A stretch of DNA of 64,000 nucleotides from Takakia lepidozioides. Taxonomy: Eukaryota > Plantae > Bryophyta. Within the stretch, counting starts at the first letter, position 1; each line of letters starts with the position of its first letter. The position numbers were made by a program, and so were the translations under genes. Below, piece by piece: positions 37,743 through 50,900 of this stretch. Below the pieces are notes generated by a model, which saw only the letters and a program-made list of their open reading frames with translations, made no database searches and was not told the DNA's origin. The stretch lies in contig CM060731.1 in assembly GCA_030704615.1 (NCBI GenBank), positions 5,518,001 through 5,582,000 on the forward strand, in the 5' to 3' direction.

Positions 37743-39795
37743 ACTGCCAGACGAATAGTCTTGTCAGCGTACGGTCGAACGCTCAAATCCACATGTGCAA
37801 ATTGTCATCAATCCAAGCATACTCGGATCAGAAACAATCTCCTGCTGAATTGGCTCACACTGACGGTTTCAAGTGCAGAGGAAGTCTTGTCAGAACTCTA
37901 GGCTCTCTTTGGGTAGGACACAGGGGCTGGAATATGTATACGGAGAGAGAGATAAGTAGAGTAAGAGTTGAACGATGGAAGTGTGTGTAGCATATCTGCG
38001 CTAATTGGGTAGCCCACGTTGTTGAGAGATGAGGTTCAAATCGAGAGCAAGTTTTGTGCGGTTTTTTACTTCAAATCGGGAGAAAGCGTTCTCAGACTTT
38101 TCGGTCCAAGTTGAGAAGCTGTTACAGACTTTTGGGCTTGATTTTGGGAACTGCCTCGTAAGATTTTTGGGTTAAAGTAGAGGGTGTGTCTCTGTGAATT
38201 TTCGTCCCTTGCAAGGACACTGGCATTGGTAAGACCACTATATTTGTAAAAGGACATTTGACCATATGACGTGAACAGGGTATAAGAGTCGGTAGGAGCT
38301 GGAGGCTATGATATGCAAGGTGCATAATCTCGCTCGTCTCATGTCACTCGTGCTACCAGTCTGCCAGTATGTAAATCGTTAAGTTTCTTTGTGCTGTTTC
38401 TTTTAAATTGGAAATCTGTTCGGATTCCTTGCATTGCCCACACTTTGTAGCTGAGCTGCACTATAGTATCCCTGGTATCTTGTATTTTTATTGCGTTGAT
38501 CCAGATTAAGACCAAGGGCAAAGGAGGATGTTATGTACTGAGGTCTTGGGACCTGGGCAAAGGCACAGAAGAAAGGATACTCAAAGTATGTAGAGAGGTG
38601 CAGGTGTTCCCAGCTGTAAGGGAGGGCACGAGACTAAGACACTTGAGAACATTTTGTAGAGCATTTTCAAGTGCCTGGACAACGACCCTTGGTACTCATC
38701 CTTTGTTTCTATTTTCCTTCCTCCCCCACCCTGGACTTCTTTCTTTCATTGACGTCACAAAATTCTTTCTTCGTTCTCTCTGTTGCTCTACTTACAGACA
38801 CATCTGCAGTAAGTGACATGTCCAAGCAATGGGCATGATGGTGTTGTGGTCCTTCTGGAGCAGTGGCACTGCAATCCAACTCGCAGTCACACTGGTGGAT
38901 TGAAAATGGCTAACAGACAAAGAAAGGAGGAAAGTTTTGTAGTCTCCAGAGAGAGAGGTTAAATTGGGCAAAACTACAGTAGCACTCCTCAATAAAATTT
39001 GGGCAGAAAATTGAATTGTGGCCATACATCATCCTCATTGAATTGCCAGCTATGGGAAACAAATGCGGCGCCTTGAGCATCCATTGATCACTTGGAAAAG
39101 ACTTTTCAATCATTACAATGGAGTAGAGTGACACTTATTGGGAAAGTACATTCACATGTCGAAACCATAATTCATGGAAGAAATATGGCTTGAAGTTATT
39201 TGCAAACTAGTTAAAGGTCTTACTTTTAATGTTGTACTTGCATGCAGTCAAAGCATTAAGAATAGAATGCGTTTGGCAAGAGTTCATTTCAGATCAGTGG
39301 TGGGCCAACAGTTTTAACCAGGTATAACTATCCTAAATGCTGCTATTTCGTAAATTGAATCATGATTTCAGTTGGGTAGATGTACTGGTGAAACTGGTTG
39401 TTCAATGTTGTGTGCCCGGTGTTTTGGAAGACACTTGGTAGGCTTTGGTGTCGTAACCTGGTCTGTCTGTGATGATCATTGTAGTAGAGTTCCTTGAATG
39501 GCTACGTTTGTTGTGTTCTCACAGAAGGAGACAAAATTCCCAAGCTTCAAACATAAGCGTATGAAAAAGGCATGGCAGTCAAATCCACTTTTGGTGAAGT
39601 CAGAGGTGCCCTCTATGACACAAGGTCGAGCACAATATGGCGATGATCAGATCTGGACGTGCAGCACGGACATCCAGGCAAAGAATCCAATCCACAGGTA
39701 TTGTGTTGTGGATAATGATTCAAAATTTAAATTGCTAAAGTCTTCAAAGTAGATGGCTGCAGATTCTTTTGCGACTCAGTGGAAAGTCCGTCCCC

Positions 39796-42114
39796 ATGAG
39801 AAGTTACTATCGTCAAGTGTCTAGGAGCTTTGAAGTGTTCTCCATCAACATTTGTAAAAGGAGTTTTAAGCTATGCAGGATGGCACGACTGAATCAGGCC
39901 CACTTGTGTGTTGGACGTCAGACTGGGTGTCGGGGTAGCACCACCACTACTTTGAAAAGAGGACCACAAGAGGGACCCAACAAGCCTGTGTATGCCAATC
40001 AAGGGGATGTGAGGACACTGTGTAAGGAGGGAAGACTAAAAGATGTACTGCAAATTTTGGACCATGGAGACATTCAGGCAGACTCCAAAACATATGTATG
40101 TATCTTGCAGGGGTGCATCAAGATGAAAGCCCTTGCAGAGGGAAAGCAGGTACATGCCCACATTATTCGCACTGAATTCAAACCAGACATCTTTGTAGCC
40201 AACACCCTAGTCAATATGTATGCCAAGTGCAGGAGCATGGTGGATGCACAACAAGTCTTTGAGCAAATGCCTCATCGAAACATATTCACCTGGACTGTGA
40301 TGATGGCAGGATATGCCAAGAATGGGCATGCCGAGCAGGCTATTCAAATCTATGAGCAAATGCAAGGCGAGGGGGTGTTGCCTGACAAAGTTGCCTACAC
40401 TACCATCCTCAACGCATGTGCCACCCTACGGAACCTGGAAAAGGGCAAGCAGGTCCATGCTGACATCATCAAAATTGGAGCTGCATCGGACGTTATTTTG
40501 GAGAATACTTTAGTTGACATGTATGCCAAATGCAAGAGTGTAAAGGATGCATATGAAGTGTTTGAAAAAATGGCAAAACGAGATGTGGTATCTTGGAGTG
40601 CAATGATTGCAGGTTATGCTCAGTATGGGCACGGTGAAGTCGCTCTCAAGTGTTATGAGCAAATGCAATGTGAAGGAGTGATCCCCAACAGGGTCACATT
40701 TATTTGCACCCTCAATGCCTGTGCCAGCCTTGGAGCCCTGGAAAAAGTCCAGAGGGTCCATGCAGACATCGTCAAAGCTGGAGTCCTCCCATATATTAAT
40801 TTGGAGAACAATCTTGTTGACACATATGCCAGATGTGGGAGTGTAGAGGATGCACGTCAAGTGTTTGACAAAATGGCAGAACGAGATGTGGTCTCGTGGA
40901 ATGTGATGATTGCAGGATATGCTCAGCATGGGCATGGTGAAGAGGCTTTCAAAATCTATGAACAAATGCAACGGGAAGAGGTGATGCCCGACGAGGTCAC
41001 ATTTATTTGTGCTCTGAATGCGTGTGCCAGCCTAGCAGCCCTGGAGAAGGGCAAGCAGGTTCATGCTGACATTGTAAAAGCTGGAATTGTGTCATATATT
41101 ATCTTGGAGACAAGCCTTGTTGATATGTATGCCAAATGTGGGAGTGTGGAGGATGCACGCCAAGTGTTCGACAAAATGGATACACGGGATGTGGTTTCAT
41201 GGAATGCGATGATGGCAGGGTATGCTCAGCATGGGTGTGGTACAGAGGCACTTCAACAATTTGAACTTATGCAACAGGAAGGCTTCAAGCCAGATGGTAT
41301 CACCTTCATTTCTCTTATCTCTGCATGCAGTCATGTCGGCCTAGTTGATGAGGGCTGTCACTTCTTCAATTCCATGACTCCAGTTCATGGCATCACACCT
41401 ACAATGGAGCATTTTGGCTGCATGGTGGATCTTCTTGGCCGAGCAGGACAATTGGCAGAGGCAGAGGACTTCATCAGCAAAATGGCACTTGATCCAGATG
41501 CCTCGGTGTGGGGCGCCTTGCTTGGTGCCTGCAGAACTCATGGCGATGTGAAGGCAGCCAAACGGGCTGTAAAAGGCATTCTTAAGTGCGACCCACAGAA
41601 CACTTCTGCTTATGTGCTGCTATCAAATATCTATGCTGCAGCTGGCAGATGGGACGAGAAAGCAAAGGTCAGAAAATTGATGGAGGACAGAGGTGTGAGA
41701 AAGGAGCCAGGGCACAGCTCCATCGAGGTCAACAACCAGGTACATTTGTTCATTGTTGAAGACAAATCACATCCACAGATCAGAGAAATCCATGTCAAGC
41801 TGAAGAGGTTGTCTGAACCAATGAAGGAGGCCGGGTATGTACCTGACACTCGCTTTGTATTGCATGATGTCGAAGAGGAGCAAAGGGAATTTTCTCTTGG
41901 CCACCACAGTGAGAAACTGGCCATTGCCTTTGGGCTCATAAGCACACCCCCTGGGACACGTATTTGCGTCATCAAGAACCTTAGAGTCTGTGGTGATTGC
42001 CACACCGCAACCAAGTTTATCTCAAAGATTTTTGGGCGAGCAATAGTCATACGGGATGCCAACCGCTTTCACCACTTTCGAGATGGGTTTTGTTCTTGTG
42101 GGGATTATTGGTGA
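39796..42114 (+). CDS. PLS-class PPR-DYW protein (organellar C-to-U editing factor), intact; alternative start 39880
   Basis: Intronless 781-aa frame; four PLS units; [21 protein letters not shown]; ends CSCGDYW. Confidence 0.97.
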   Translation: MRSYYRQVSRSFEVFSINICKRSFKLCRMARLNQAHLCVGRQTGCRGSTTTTLKRGPQEGPNKPVYANQGDVRTLCKEGRLKDVLQILDHGDIQADSKTYVCILQGCIKMKALAEGKQVHAHIIRTEFKPDIFVANTLVNMYAKCRSMVDAQQVFEQMPHRNIFTWTVMMAGYAKNGHAEQAIQIYEQMQGEGVLPDKVAYTTILNACATLRNLEKGKQVHADIIKIGAASDVILENTLVDMYAKCKSVKDAYEVFEKMAKRDVVSWSAMIAGYAQYGHGEVALKCYEQMQCEGVIPNRVTFICTLNACASLGALEKVQRVHADIVKAGVLPYINLENNLVDTYARCGSVEDARQVFDKMAERDVVSWNVMIAGYAQHGHGEEAFKIYEQMQREEVMPDEVTFICALNACASLAALEKGKQVHADIVKAGIVSYIILETSLVDMYAKCGSVEDARQVFDKMDTRDVVSWNAMMAGYAQHGCGTEALQQFELMQQEGFKPDGITFISLISACSHVGLVDEGCHFFNSMTPVHGITPTMEHFGCMVDLLGRAGQLAEAEDFISKMALDPDASVWGALLGACRTHGDVKAAKRAVKGILKCDPQNTSAYVLLSNIYAAAGRWDEKAKVRKLMEDRGVRKEPGHSSIEVNNQVHLFIVEDKSHPQIREIHVKLKRLSEPMKEAGYVPDTRFVLHDVEEEQREFSLGHHSEKLAIAFGLISTPPGTRICVIKNLRVCGDCHTATKFISKIFGRAIVIRDANRFHHFRDGFCSCGDYW

Positions 42115-42849
42115 AACATGGATGCTAGGGTGTTGCTGCTCATCTAGTTATTGTTCATTCAAATTACCTTTTCCCCACAAATTACCCGAAAAGCCCAATT
42201 GGTAGATGCGTGTAATAGAGTAAGTGTGACTCATGGACAAGTTGGAATCTCAGAAGCTCACTTCATGAGCGAAATGGACCTGTAGAAGTCTAATGCATGG
42301 ATCCAAACTGAGTTTAGTTGTAATCATGTTCTGATGCCAGAAAATAACAGACTGTCCATAGGTGCACCTCACAATTTTAGGGACATTCTTTGTTGGCTCT
42401 GCCCTGTAAGGGTGGGACCACACCATGTAGCAAAAGAGAGTTTGGTCCTACACCTGAAGGAGGGGCCTCAAAGCTTTTTACTCTGTTCCCAGGTGTTCCT
42501 GGTTTGTTGTAATGTCTTGAATGATTTTCCTGATGCTTATCCAACCTCAATTGCAGGATCATTTTTCTTAGTGAGAGAGATCCGTTTTTCTATCAGTAAG
42601 TGTGAATACTGTTTTAAATAATTTTTCAGAGTACTGATTACTGGAATACTACCGGTTTTTGGTCGTTTGGAAAAGGGAACAGAGATCCAGTTTGCCTTGC
42701 TGAATGTTCCACCTTCATTCTGTGATGTATCAATCCATGTAAAGTACTCCATTTCTCTGCTCATTGTATCATTTTATGGTTTTATGAGGGCTTGACACTT
42801 TTGATCATTTATAGATGTGGTTTGGGAGGGATGGCGTGATGAAACCCTG

Positions 42850-43590
42850 TAAGACTTTATTTACAACATGTACAATGGGTGAACGTGCATAGGATGAGAA
42901 GTTCCCAAAAAAGTGGGGGGGGAGGAACAAGAAACAAGAGAAGAAAACAAAAAGCTATAGTAAGCTACTCAGCTAGAGAAGAAAACAAAAGCTATAGTAA
43001 GCTACTCAACCAGCGACGAAAACAGAAGCTATAGTAAGCTACTCAAGCAGAGCGACCCTCCTAGCCAACAACCTGGAGGAGATCAGGCAAAGAGATAGGC
43101 AAAGTGTCAGGCATAGGCGGAAGATGAGATGACGCGGAGCTAGCTACATCAGCCCGATGCAAAATAGATATGGCTTGTGCTCTCTGCGAAGCAACTGAAA
43201 CACGCTGTCGATAGTAGGCGACAAGGACGGAGGCATGTGGGATGTCAGTGGACCCGCTCTTGGCTGCATGATGTGCACATGTCCGCAGGAAATTGTTGAA
43301 GTGCCGGTGCAATGAGCCAAATATCTCGACCGCCAGCGAAATCTGTCGGTGGGGTGACGATCGCTGTAGTCGCGCTCCTTGGCCTGAGCTGCTACAGTGG
43401 CTGCCGTGCCTGAGATAGCAGATCCGCTCGAGTGCGGTCGGCAAAAACGACATCCGCTAGAGTATGCAAACCATCTCTAGATAAGACGATCTCAACACGG
43501 CGGCGTGTAGAGTGGAACATGAGCGTGGGTCGTAGATGTGGTTGCTCACGCAGTACATGATACCCTGCCTCCCGAGCAATAGATGCCACC
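42850..43590 (-). mobile_element. 3' end of a non-LTR retrotransposon with a restriction-like endonuclease (CRE-like), cut by the gap
   Basis: RRVEIVL...LADVVFAD, LAVEIFGSL...FL and RQRVSVASQRAQA resemble the RLE C-terminus. Followed by a 3' UTR with repeats and AATAAA on the minus strand near 42856-42861. Confidence 0.65.
42937..43045. repeat. Three-unit tandem repeat with core AAGCTATAGTAAGCTACTCA
   Basis: Three copies with ~37-bp period. Confidence 0.9.
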
Positions 43591-44090
43591 NNNNNNNNNN
43601 NNNNNNNNNNNNNNNNNNNNNNNNNNNNNNNNNNNNNNNNNNNNNNNNNNNNNNNNNNNNNNNNNNNNNNNNNNNNNNNNNNNNNNNNNNNNNNNNNNNN
43701 NNNNNNNNNNNNNNNNNNNNNNNNNNNNNNNNNNNNNNNNNNNNNNNNNNNNNNNNNNNNNNNNNNNNNNNNNNNNNNNNNNNNNNNNNNNNNNNNNNNN
43801 NNNNNNNNNNNNNNNNNNNNNNNNNNNNNNNNNNNNNNNNNNNNNNNNNNNNNNNNNNNNNNNNNNNNNNNNNNNNNNNNNNNNNNNNNNNNNNNNNNNN
43901 NNNNNNNNNNNNNNNNNNNNNNNNNNNNNNNNNNNNNNNNNNNNNNNNNNNNNNNNNNNNNNNNNNNNNNNNNNNNNNNNNNNNNNNNNNNNNNNNNNNN
44001 NNNNNNNNNNNNNNNNNNNNNNNNNNNNNNNNNNNNNNNNNNNNNNNNNNNNNNNNNNNNNNNNNNNNNNNNNNNNNNNNNNNNNNNNNN
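43591..44090. other. Scaffold gap (500 N)
   Basis: Run of N. Confidence 1.
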
Positions 44091-44546
44091 ATCGATTGAG
44101 CCTGAAGTACAGCCTTCAAGCTCTGGGAGAATATTCACGACTTGTTCCAGACATGGAACAAGTGCAGGACACGCTGAAAGATATTGTGTCGAGAGAGCTA
44201 TCGATATCGGGATTTTGTCATTACCTTGTTGAATGTGCTTTGTCTTGGTTGTGGAGCAATGAGCACAAGTTTCCAACAATTGGTATGTTAGCTAGACAAA
44301 TTCTTGGCATTCCAGGAGTCAAATCGAGACGGAAAGAATATTTTTCATTGCAGGTTTGTGATTGCCCTTCGTAGATGTCGACTACAAACATATCACTTGG
44401 ACCAAATGATCTTTATTGGCAAGAATTGGCCAAGCGACCCTCGTTCTGGATGTGAGAAGCCAAGTGACGTTGCAAGTATGTGCGAGGCTGAAGTAGATTT
44501 GACCGAGGAGCTTGACGCTGAATTCAGGAATGAAGTTGAACGTTAA
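44091..44546 (+). pseudogene. hAT transposase C-terminal dimerisation domain fragment
   Basis: WLWSNEHKFPTIGMLARQILGIPG / QIETERIFS / LRRCRLQTYHLDQMIFIGKNW across frameshifts. Confidence 0.85.
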
Positions 44547-47500
44547 GAGTACCTTGATGTCTTGACAACTTCTTTTAATTGACATTGCTCATTGGTAATT
44601 TTTTTAATCATTCTTATAAATATGAATAGGAAGTTAATTATTTCTATGACAAGCATGAACAGAGCAGGAATTTGAAATCAGCACCGGTCAAGTTTGAGCT
44701 CATATATAATGTGTATGTTTTTTGCAGGACCTTTGTCACAAGTCAAAAGCATGTGTTTTGCTGCTCAAGATGCATCTTTTACTACTTGATGTCAATATCG
44801 ACTTAATTTGTGGTGGTTTTCAGCAGTTGATAGGAAGAACATGAAGGTGGCTGCTCTAAGTATATGCTTACATATTGTCGCATTCCAAAAAATCCGCGCT
44901 CTCGCTGTTGGGCGGTGCTCCACCCCTCTTGCCATATCTATGAGTGTCCTAGTTATGATTTTAGTTATGGCTATCCTGTTAGGTTCCGCCAATATTTTAG
45001 CTTTCCGGACTCTTCTTCCTCCGAGCTTAGCGGTGCCGCTATTCTTCCCAGGGCTAACTCACCGGCGGCGAGTCCTCACACCAATTGTGTCACCCGGCTG
45101 CTTTCTCCCACTGTGGTGCTTCTTATCTTCCTCCAGTGTACCCCGGCTCATCGCACAACAATCTACTGTGACAAGGCGCTTCTTTCAAACTCTACCTGGC
45201 AATTTTTGAGTGTTTCGCACCCCTTCCTGGCTACATCGACCTTGACCGCTTGCACATCTACATGTTATTGGAAGGCTCCTCCATGCCCCCTTCTTTATTC
45301 ACAAGCTCACAACAGCACGATACATCGCGACGAAGCATGTCTACAGCACCATTCAAGGAGTTTTCGGCTCAACTCATGTTCTTTTTTTCTATTCTAGACT
45401 ACGGCCTTATACACACCATCGGGCTACAAGGCGCAGCCGCTCAAGGTGCTGGCACTCATACGGCTGCTTTCTTCTACTTGGACAACAACAAGCCCACATA
45501 TCTGCCAGTCCCCACCCGCCACGCCAATCCGGCCGAGACTGCAACATCCTGAATGTTCATGGGGCATGGAAGCACATCTGCTGCACAAAGGGCGAGGTGT
45601 GGCTCCTTCAAAACCAGTCATGGCAGTCCCACAACACTCATGCTGCTCACGACCATGGCACCTCCCTGATACCCCTGGTAACACCCCCCTCTCCACCCCC
45701 ACTACTGTCTCAATTCATAAGGAGGAATCTGCTGATCAAAAATGCGATGTAGAGATTCTTGCCAGTCATGTTTACATTGAGACTAGTTCCTCAAATTCTC
45801 CAAAGAGGACCTTCGGGGTCATGGACTCCCATCCTGCCCCTCAACGGACCATTCTTTTGAGATACGTCGACATGTTGCCCAGCGTACGGGACATCGAGCC
45901 CTGGCCAAAGAATGTGCAGTCTAACCATAGTGCTGCTGAGAGCTACGTTATCCCTCAGGATACTATCCCCAACATATCCCCCTGGCTATCCCCTTCTCTC
46001 GAGCAACACAGGGAGCCGCGCCACCCTCATATTCATGACCTTCATAGCTACGGCATCGCAACAGAAGCTCCGCAGGCCTGTTACCCCAACATCTATCACG
46101 GGCGCCGCCACCTCTCCTGGACAGCCAGCATCCCAACGAGCTTACGTCAAGAAGCATATGATAGCCCAATGGGCGGAATACTGTCAAATTCCCAGCACTC
46201 TCTGGATCCATAGATTGCTTCAACAAATTGGGCACCTCCTCCCAGGTGCCCTCTGGCCCATTGTCACGCATAAATGCGTCAACAAAGGCAACCCGTTGCA
46301 ACATGCACCACTCGGGCTCTCTGTTGTCTACTCTTTTCTACAAGCCATCGAAGCCCTGACTAGAACTCCCATTGCTGTGATACGACACCAGACAAAATGG
46401 GAACCCGCCTATGCAAATCATCTATCACTCCGGGGCTATGCAGTCTCACCTGATTTGGAGCAGGCCTATCCCGGTACCAACACTTCTAACTCCCCTTCAA
46501 CGAGATCTATTTGTTGGCTGACAACACCCGCAGTGGGGAGTAGTAGCAACATCAGCATGAGGTGCGGTCTCAGGGGCAGAGCTGCTTTGCTCGGTGGCAA
46601 AGTTCTTAGTCAGCTCTCCAAAGCTCGTTGGTATGATGTTATCCCCTCTTCAGGTGCACCAAGCCATGAACAGGTCATTGACAATATGTATTTTTCCGAG
46701 GGTGGAAGGCTTGGCACTTCTAGATGAGTATGTATGCTGGCGTGCAGGGAATGCAGCTAAGAGCATCGGGGAGGGGGATTGATTGGGTCCACATCCTATC
46801 CCAACATCCTCACATTACAACCTCCTTCTTCACCTCTAGCTGTCATCATATGGTCTATACTTCCCATGGAATCCCCACTACCTCTCCAATTCTACAGTCT
46901 GTTGGCAGATAACCACACCACCGCCACACAGTTCTCTCAAATTCGGGCTGTTGCAGCCCGCTGCCGTATACCATTCTCCTCCCCTCACAACGTAGCTGCT
47001 CCAGCCTTTTCTTTCCTGGCATGACACACCATCACAACTGCCTTAGTCCGTCGAACTCTACCAAACTACCCTCACATTATGCAACGTTGCTCTCTTCCTC
47101 CTCCACATGTTAAAATCAACTACTTCACAATCCTCCTCTCCACTTTTACTCGACAGTCCCATTCAATTATCTGACTGGGCACTAATCACAATCCCAAACA
47201 GTAGCCAACTCCCCATTCATCACCACTCTCTCACACATGCTAACCCCACAGGCTTAAACATCACCCTCATCAAACTAGAGCCGTTATTCAGCACCCTTGT
47301 TAATGCAGCTCTCCGCCACATTACATCTAAACCCAAAACCAGCATGCGTAGCCCCCACCACTCCATCAGGTGTCATTACTTCCTCAAACCAGATTTACTA
47401 GCGCTATCCATTAACCAGCCAATCCACCTCCTCGTACAACTATCGTTGCCCCTGCCAAGCTCTGCTAACGGTGCCCGTCTCCCACCCTGCACATGGCGCA

Positions 47501-47941
47501 AGCCTCATAATCATCTTCCACCAGGCCAATCCATTACAACCGCCGCCAGGCAGTAATCTGCTAGCAGCCATACTTACTCTCCTCCACCGCTCAAGCTGGC
47601 CCTACAACAAAAGCCACCCTCCCAACACCACTAACTATCCACAAATGCTAATCGCCTGTCTACATGACACCCACATCAACACTCATCCTATAAAATGCAA
47701 TACGGACAGTCCCAAACACCTCTCTTCTGCTTGCACCGCTGCCATCACCCACTATATAGCTATTCTTTCCCCTCCCCCCCCTCTGTGGGCGTGGTGACGC
47801 ATGTCTTTGTCAAGTTCTAAGTCTAGTAGCATACAAAAAAGAGCAAGTTGCATCCGCAAACAGAGTCGATCCATAGAGAAGTCGTCGCTTAGCAAGAGGC
47901 CTGCTACCATCTCCCTCTTAGTTCAAAAACTTTCTGTCAAC

Positions 47942-50900
47942 ATGGATCACCACCAGGTTCGTGCGATCTCGACGGCTCTCGCTGAGGAAGACGCCGACAT
48001 CAATGACATGCATCTATCTGACGAGGAGTTCTTTGCGAATGACCAAGCGTACCAAATTCGCTCTACACAGCATAAGGAATCCACCCCCAACGGTCATGCA
48101 CCATCTCACCAAGGCTCGAAGCTACCTGGGCCTACAGGGCCCACCAATCCCCAGCGGACTCTCAAGCCAGCACAGCTCACATCACCAGCGGGGCTGGAGG
48201 CAGCTAGCCCGGGCCTCAAACGCCCCTCTAGTGCATCCAACAAACGCCCCTCTAGTGCATTCAATAGTACGGCAAGGAGCTCGCACTCCGATTCCAAAAA
48301 GTCAAGGGGCCACGACTTGCACGATTCATCCCCTCAACTGGCAATCTCTAGTGCCCCAACTTCTCCACGGCTTTGGATGGGATACCTTGCACTCGAGAAG
48401 CACGCACTTGACAGTGGGCTGCCCTACGTTGAGGAGATGCGTCCAACGACAAAACTCCGTAAGCTTGGTCTTCAAGACTCAGAAATTCACGACTTAAGGT
48501 ACTGCTACAAAGCATTCCCCCATGTTCCCCAGCTCTATTTTCCTACTACTAGATTGGACAGGAAGGAGGGACAACTCTACCCACTCACTCAGTTACCAAA
48601 GGGCACCCCGGTTGACCCAGATTCTGGATTATCCGCCACACCTCACCACATCATGATTCGATTTGATAGCGACACCGATATGCCCAAGGAGCAGGCTTTG
48701 TACCGTGCAAAAAAGAGGTTCGATGACATGAACATCCCTTGGGTAAGGTCCTCTATGCACCAATCACTGCCTTCACCAAGCACGGTAGCAAACGGTGGTT
48801 AGGCCTACTAAAAGTGGAATTACTGAACCCTGCCATGATGGTATTGCTGGCAACCGAGCCTTTGTTATGGAAATGGCTTTTGGGATACCTATGCAAGGGA
48901 AAGTAGAGAAGGCATTTGAGCTTAACGCCTCCACCGAATACCTTTCGTTGTATCTGTCTAGTGAAGTCTTACAGGGCACCGTCGACCATAAACTCGCAAT
49001 GCACTTCATCATGGAAACATTCCTGCATGGCGACGAGTTTGAGATTATGTACGTCCAAAAATCAAGGCCTGATACTAAGTTTTGTTTTATCTACCTGGCT
49101 TCCGCGGACTCTAAGAAAAGGATGTTGTCACAAGGAGTCAGAATCGAACACACTCTCTTAAAACCGCAGCTCCGCTCCCGCCGTACCAATGTGACTGGCC
49201 TCACCGCAACACCGCAGGAAGTCGTAGCGGAACGTGATATACTCACATTGGTAGTCAAGAACCTTAACCAGCTGCACACTCAAGCTGCGACAGAAGATGC
49301 TCTCAGAGGTTTCTTCGGCAAAGACAACCTTGCACAAATCTACTTCAGCGGAGTAGCCCCGACAGAGAAGTTCAAGCACTTAGGCATGGCACTCCTCACT
49401 TGTAAGAACCCCAGCATCTATGCTCCGTGGTGCCACAAACCGCATATCCTCATCATCGACAAATACGTCAACTTCGAACCACACACTCACAACCTGAACG
49501 GTTCTACCCCCCCCAGCTAACGACATTCTGAAGCGTCTCTATGTGGCCAACATAAATCAAGCTTTGGCTGACACAATTAACTCTCTCAACATCCAGACCG
49601 ACTCTGGATCGGCTGCAGGGCTTGCCTCTATGATGAGTGAAATCGACAGGAAACTGGCGTACCATGCCATTTCAATCAAGACGGATATACGGGGTGATGT
49701 AGTGTGAAAAGAAGGGGGCATATATCCCCTTCTGTCTAATTCTAATCTAGTTCTTAGTGCAAGGTCTTGTTGTTATCCTGGTTCTCTCACACAGGTTGGC
49801 TATATCCAGGCTGTTTATGATCAAGGTTCATAAAGCCCTCATCCACGCCGCAGCGGAAGAGAGGACATGGATGGGACAAGTGAAGGTGTTTCCTGCATAG
49901 TGCAACAGGCCTGACTAGGGTTCTGTCTTGCACCAGCTTAGTCCTCATGCTGATATGGTCACTCAAACAGCTTACCAGAGGGTTAATGACATCCTATGAG
50001 TTCACCATTTGCATGTAGCATCTACATTGAACCCCCTTTGTTGTCATGCAATCACCAAAAATGCAAGGCAACATGGATCTACCATACAGAGCAGGTCTGA
50101 TATTTCTATGCAACTCATGGTGTTTCCTTTATCTCTCAACTGGCCCTCCCTTCATCATTCTTTTGCTAAACGGATCTCTCTTCTTCCCAGTGTTTTCTCT
50201 CCCTTTCTGATGCAAGTGCCTATATTAGACCGGACAGCCCCTCTTCATGCAATGCAGATATACCAAGGCACACATCCAGTGGAGACCTTTCGCAAAAATC
50301 CTCCTTGGAATCATAAGTACACACCACATTCTCTCTTAGCTTTTCTCTCCTCCCAAACAGAATCTCTCCTCATTCTCATACCCTAATGCTGACAGTTACA
50401 AACCCTCTCCCTCATTTCTATCTTGTAGCAAGTGCACCGATTCCCTTGGTGAATCTCTCTATACTGTTCATTTTGCAGATTTGTTTAACTCTAAACACTG
50501 ATGCACAGTTTGCTCCAGATTCAGTGTACTGAATCATAAAATCAAAAGCAGGACAAACACTATATATGCATTGATTGTAGATGGGTTGCATCTGCCTTCT
50601 ATCACCATTCCCCAAAGACATGCATCATCTCTCATCCTCTCTACACCATTCTGGTTTGAAGCCCAAGCCACCACTCCATTCCATTTTTCAAAACGTTCTC
50701 ATACTCTCTCCACTAACTCCAGAGCCTTCAATCATTTCAGCGACATCTATCTCAGTAAAAAAAAAACCCCCCATGTCTCTATTAACTTAGCTGTCTTATA
50801 CTCCAGCTGAAGCGGTGGGATTACCTGTCCGAAATGGCACCTCACCATTTCTGTCAGCAACTACCCTAACTCATCTTGTCGTTTGAATGCCACGTTGTAA

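Noticed and set aside
36600-39760. Short ORFs between the PPR genes (e.g. 37056-37529)
   Set aside because: No recognisable domain; more likely UTR, intron or promoter sequence.
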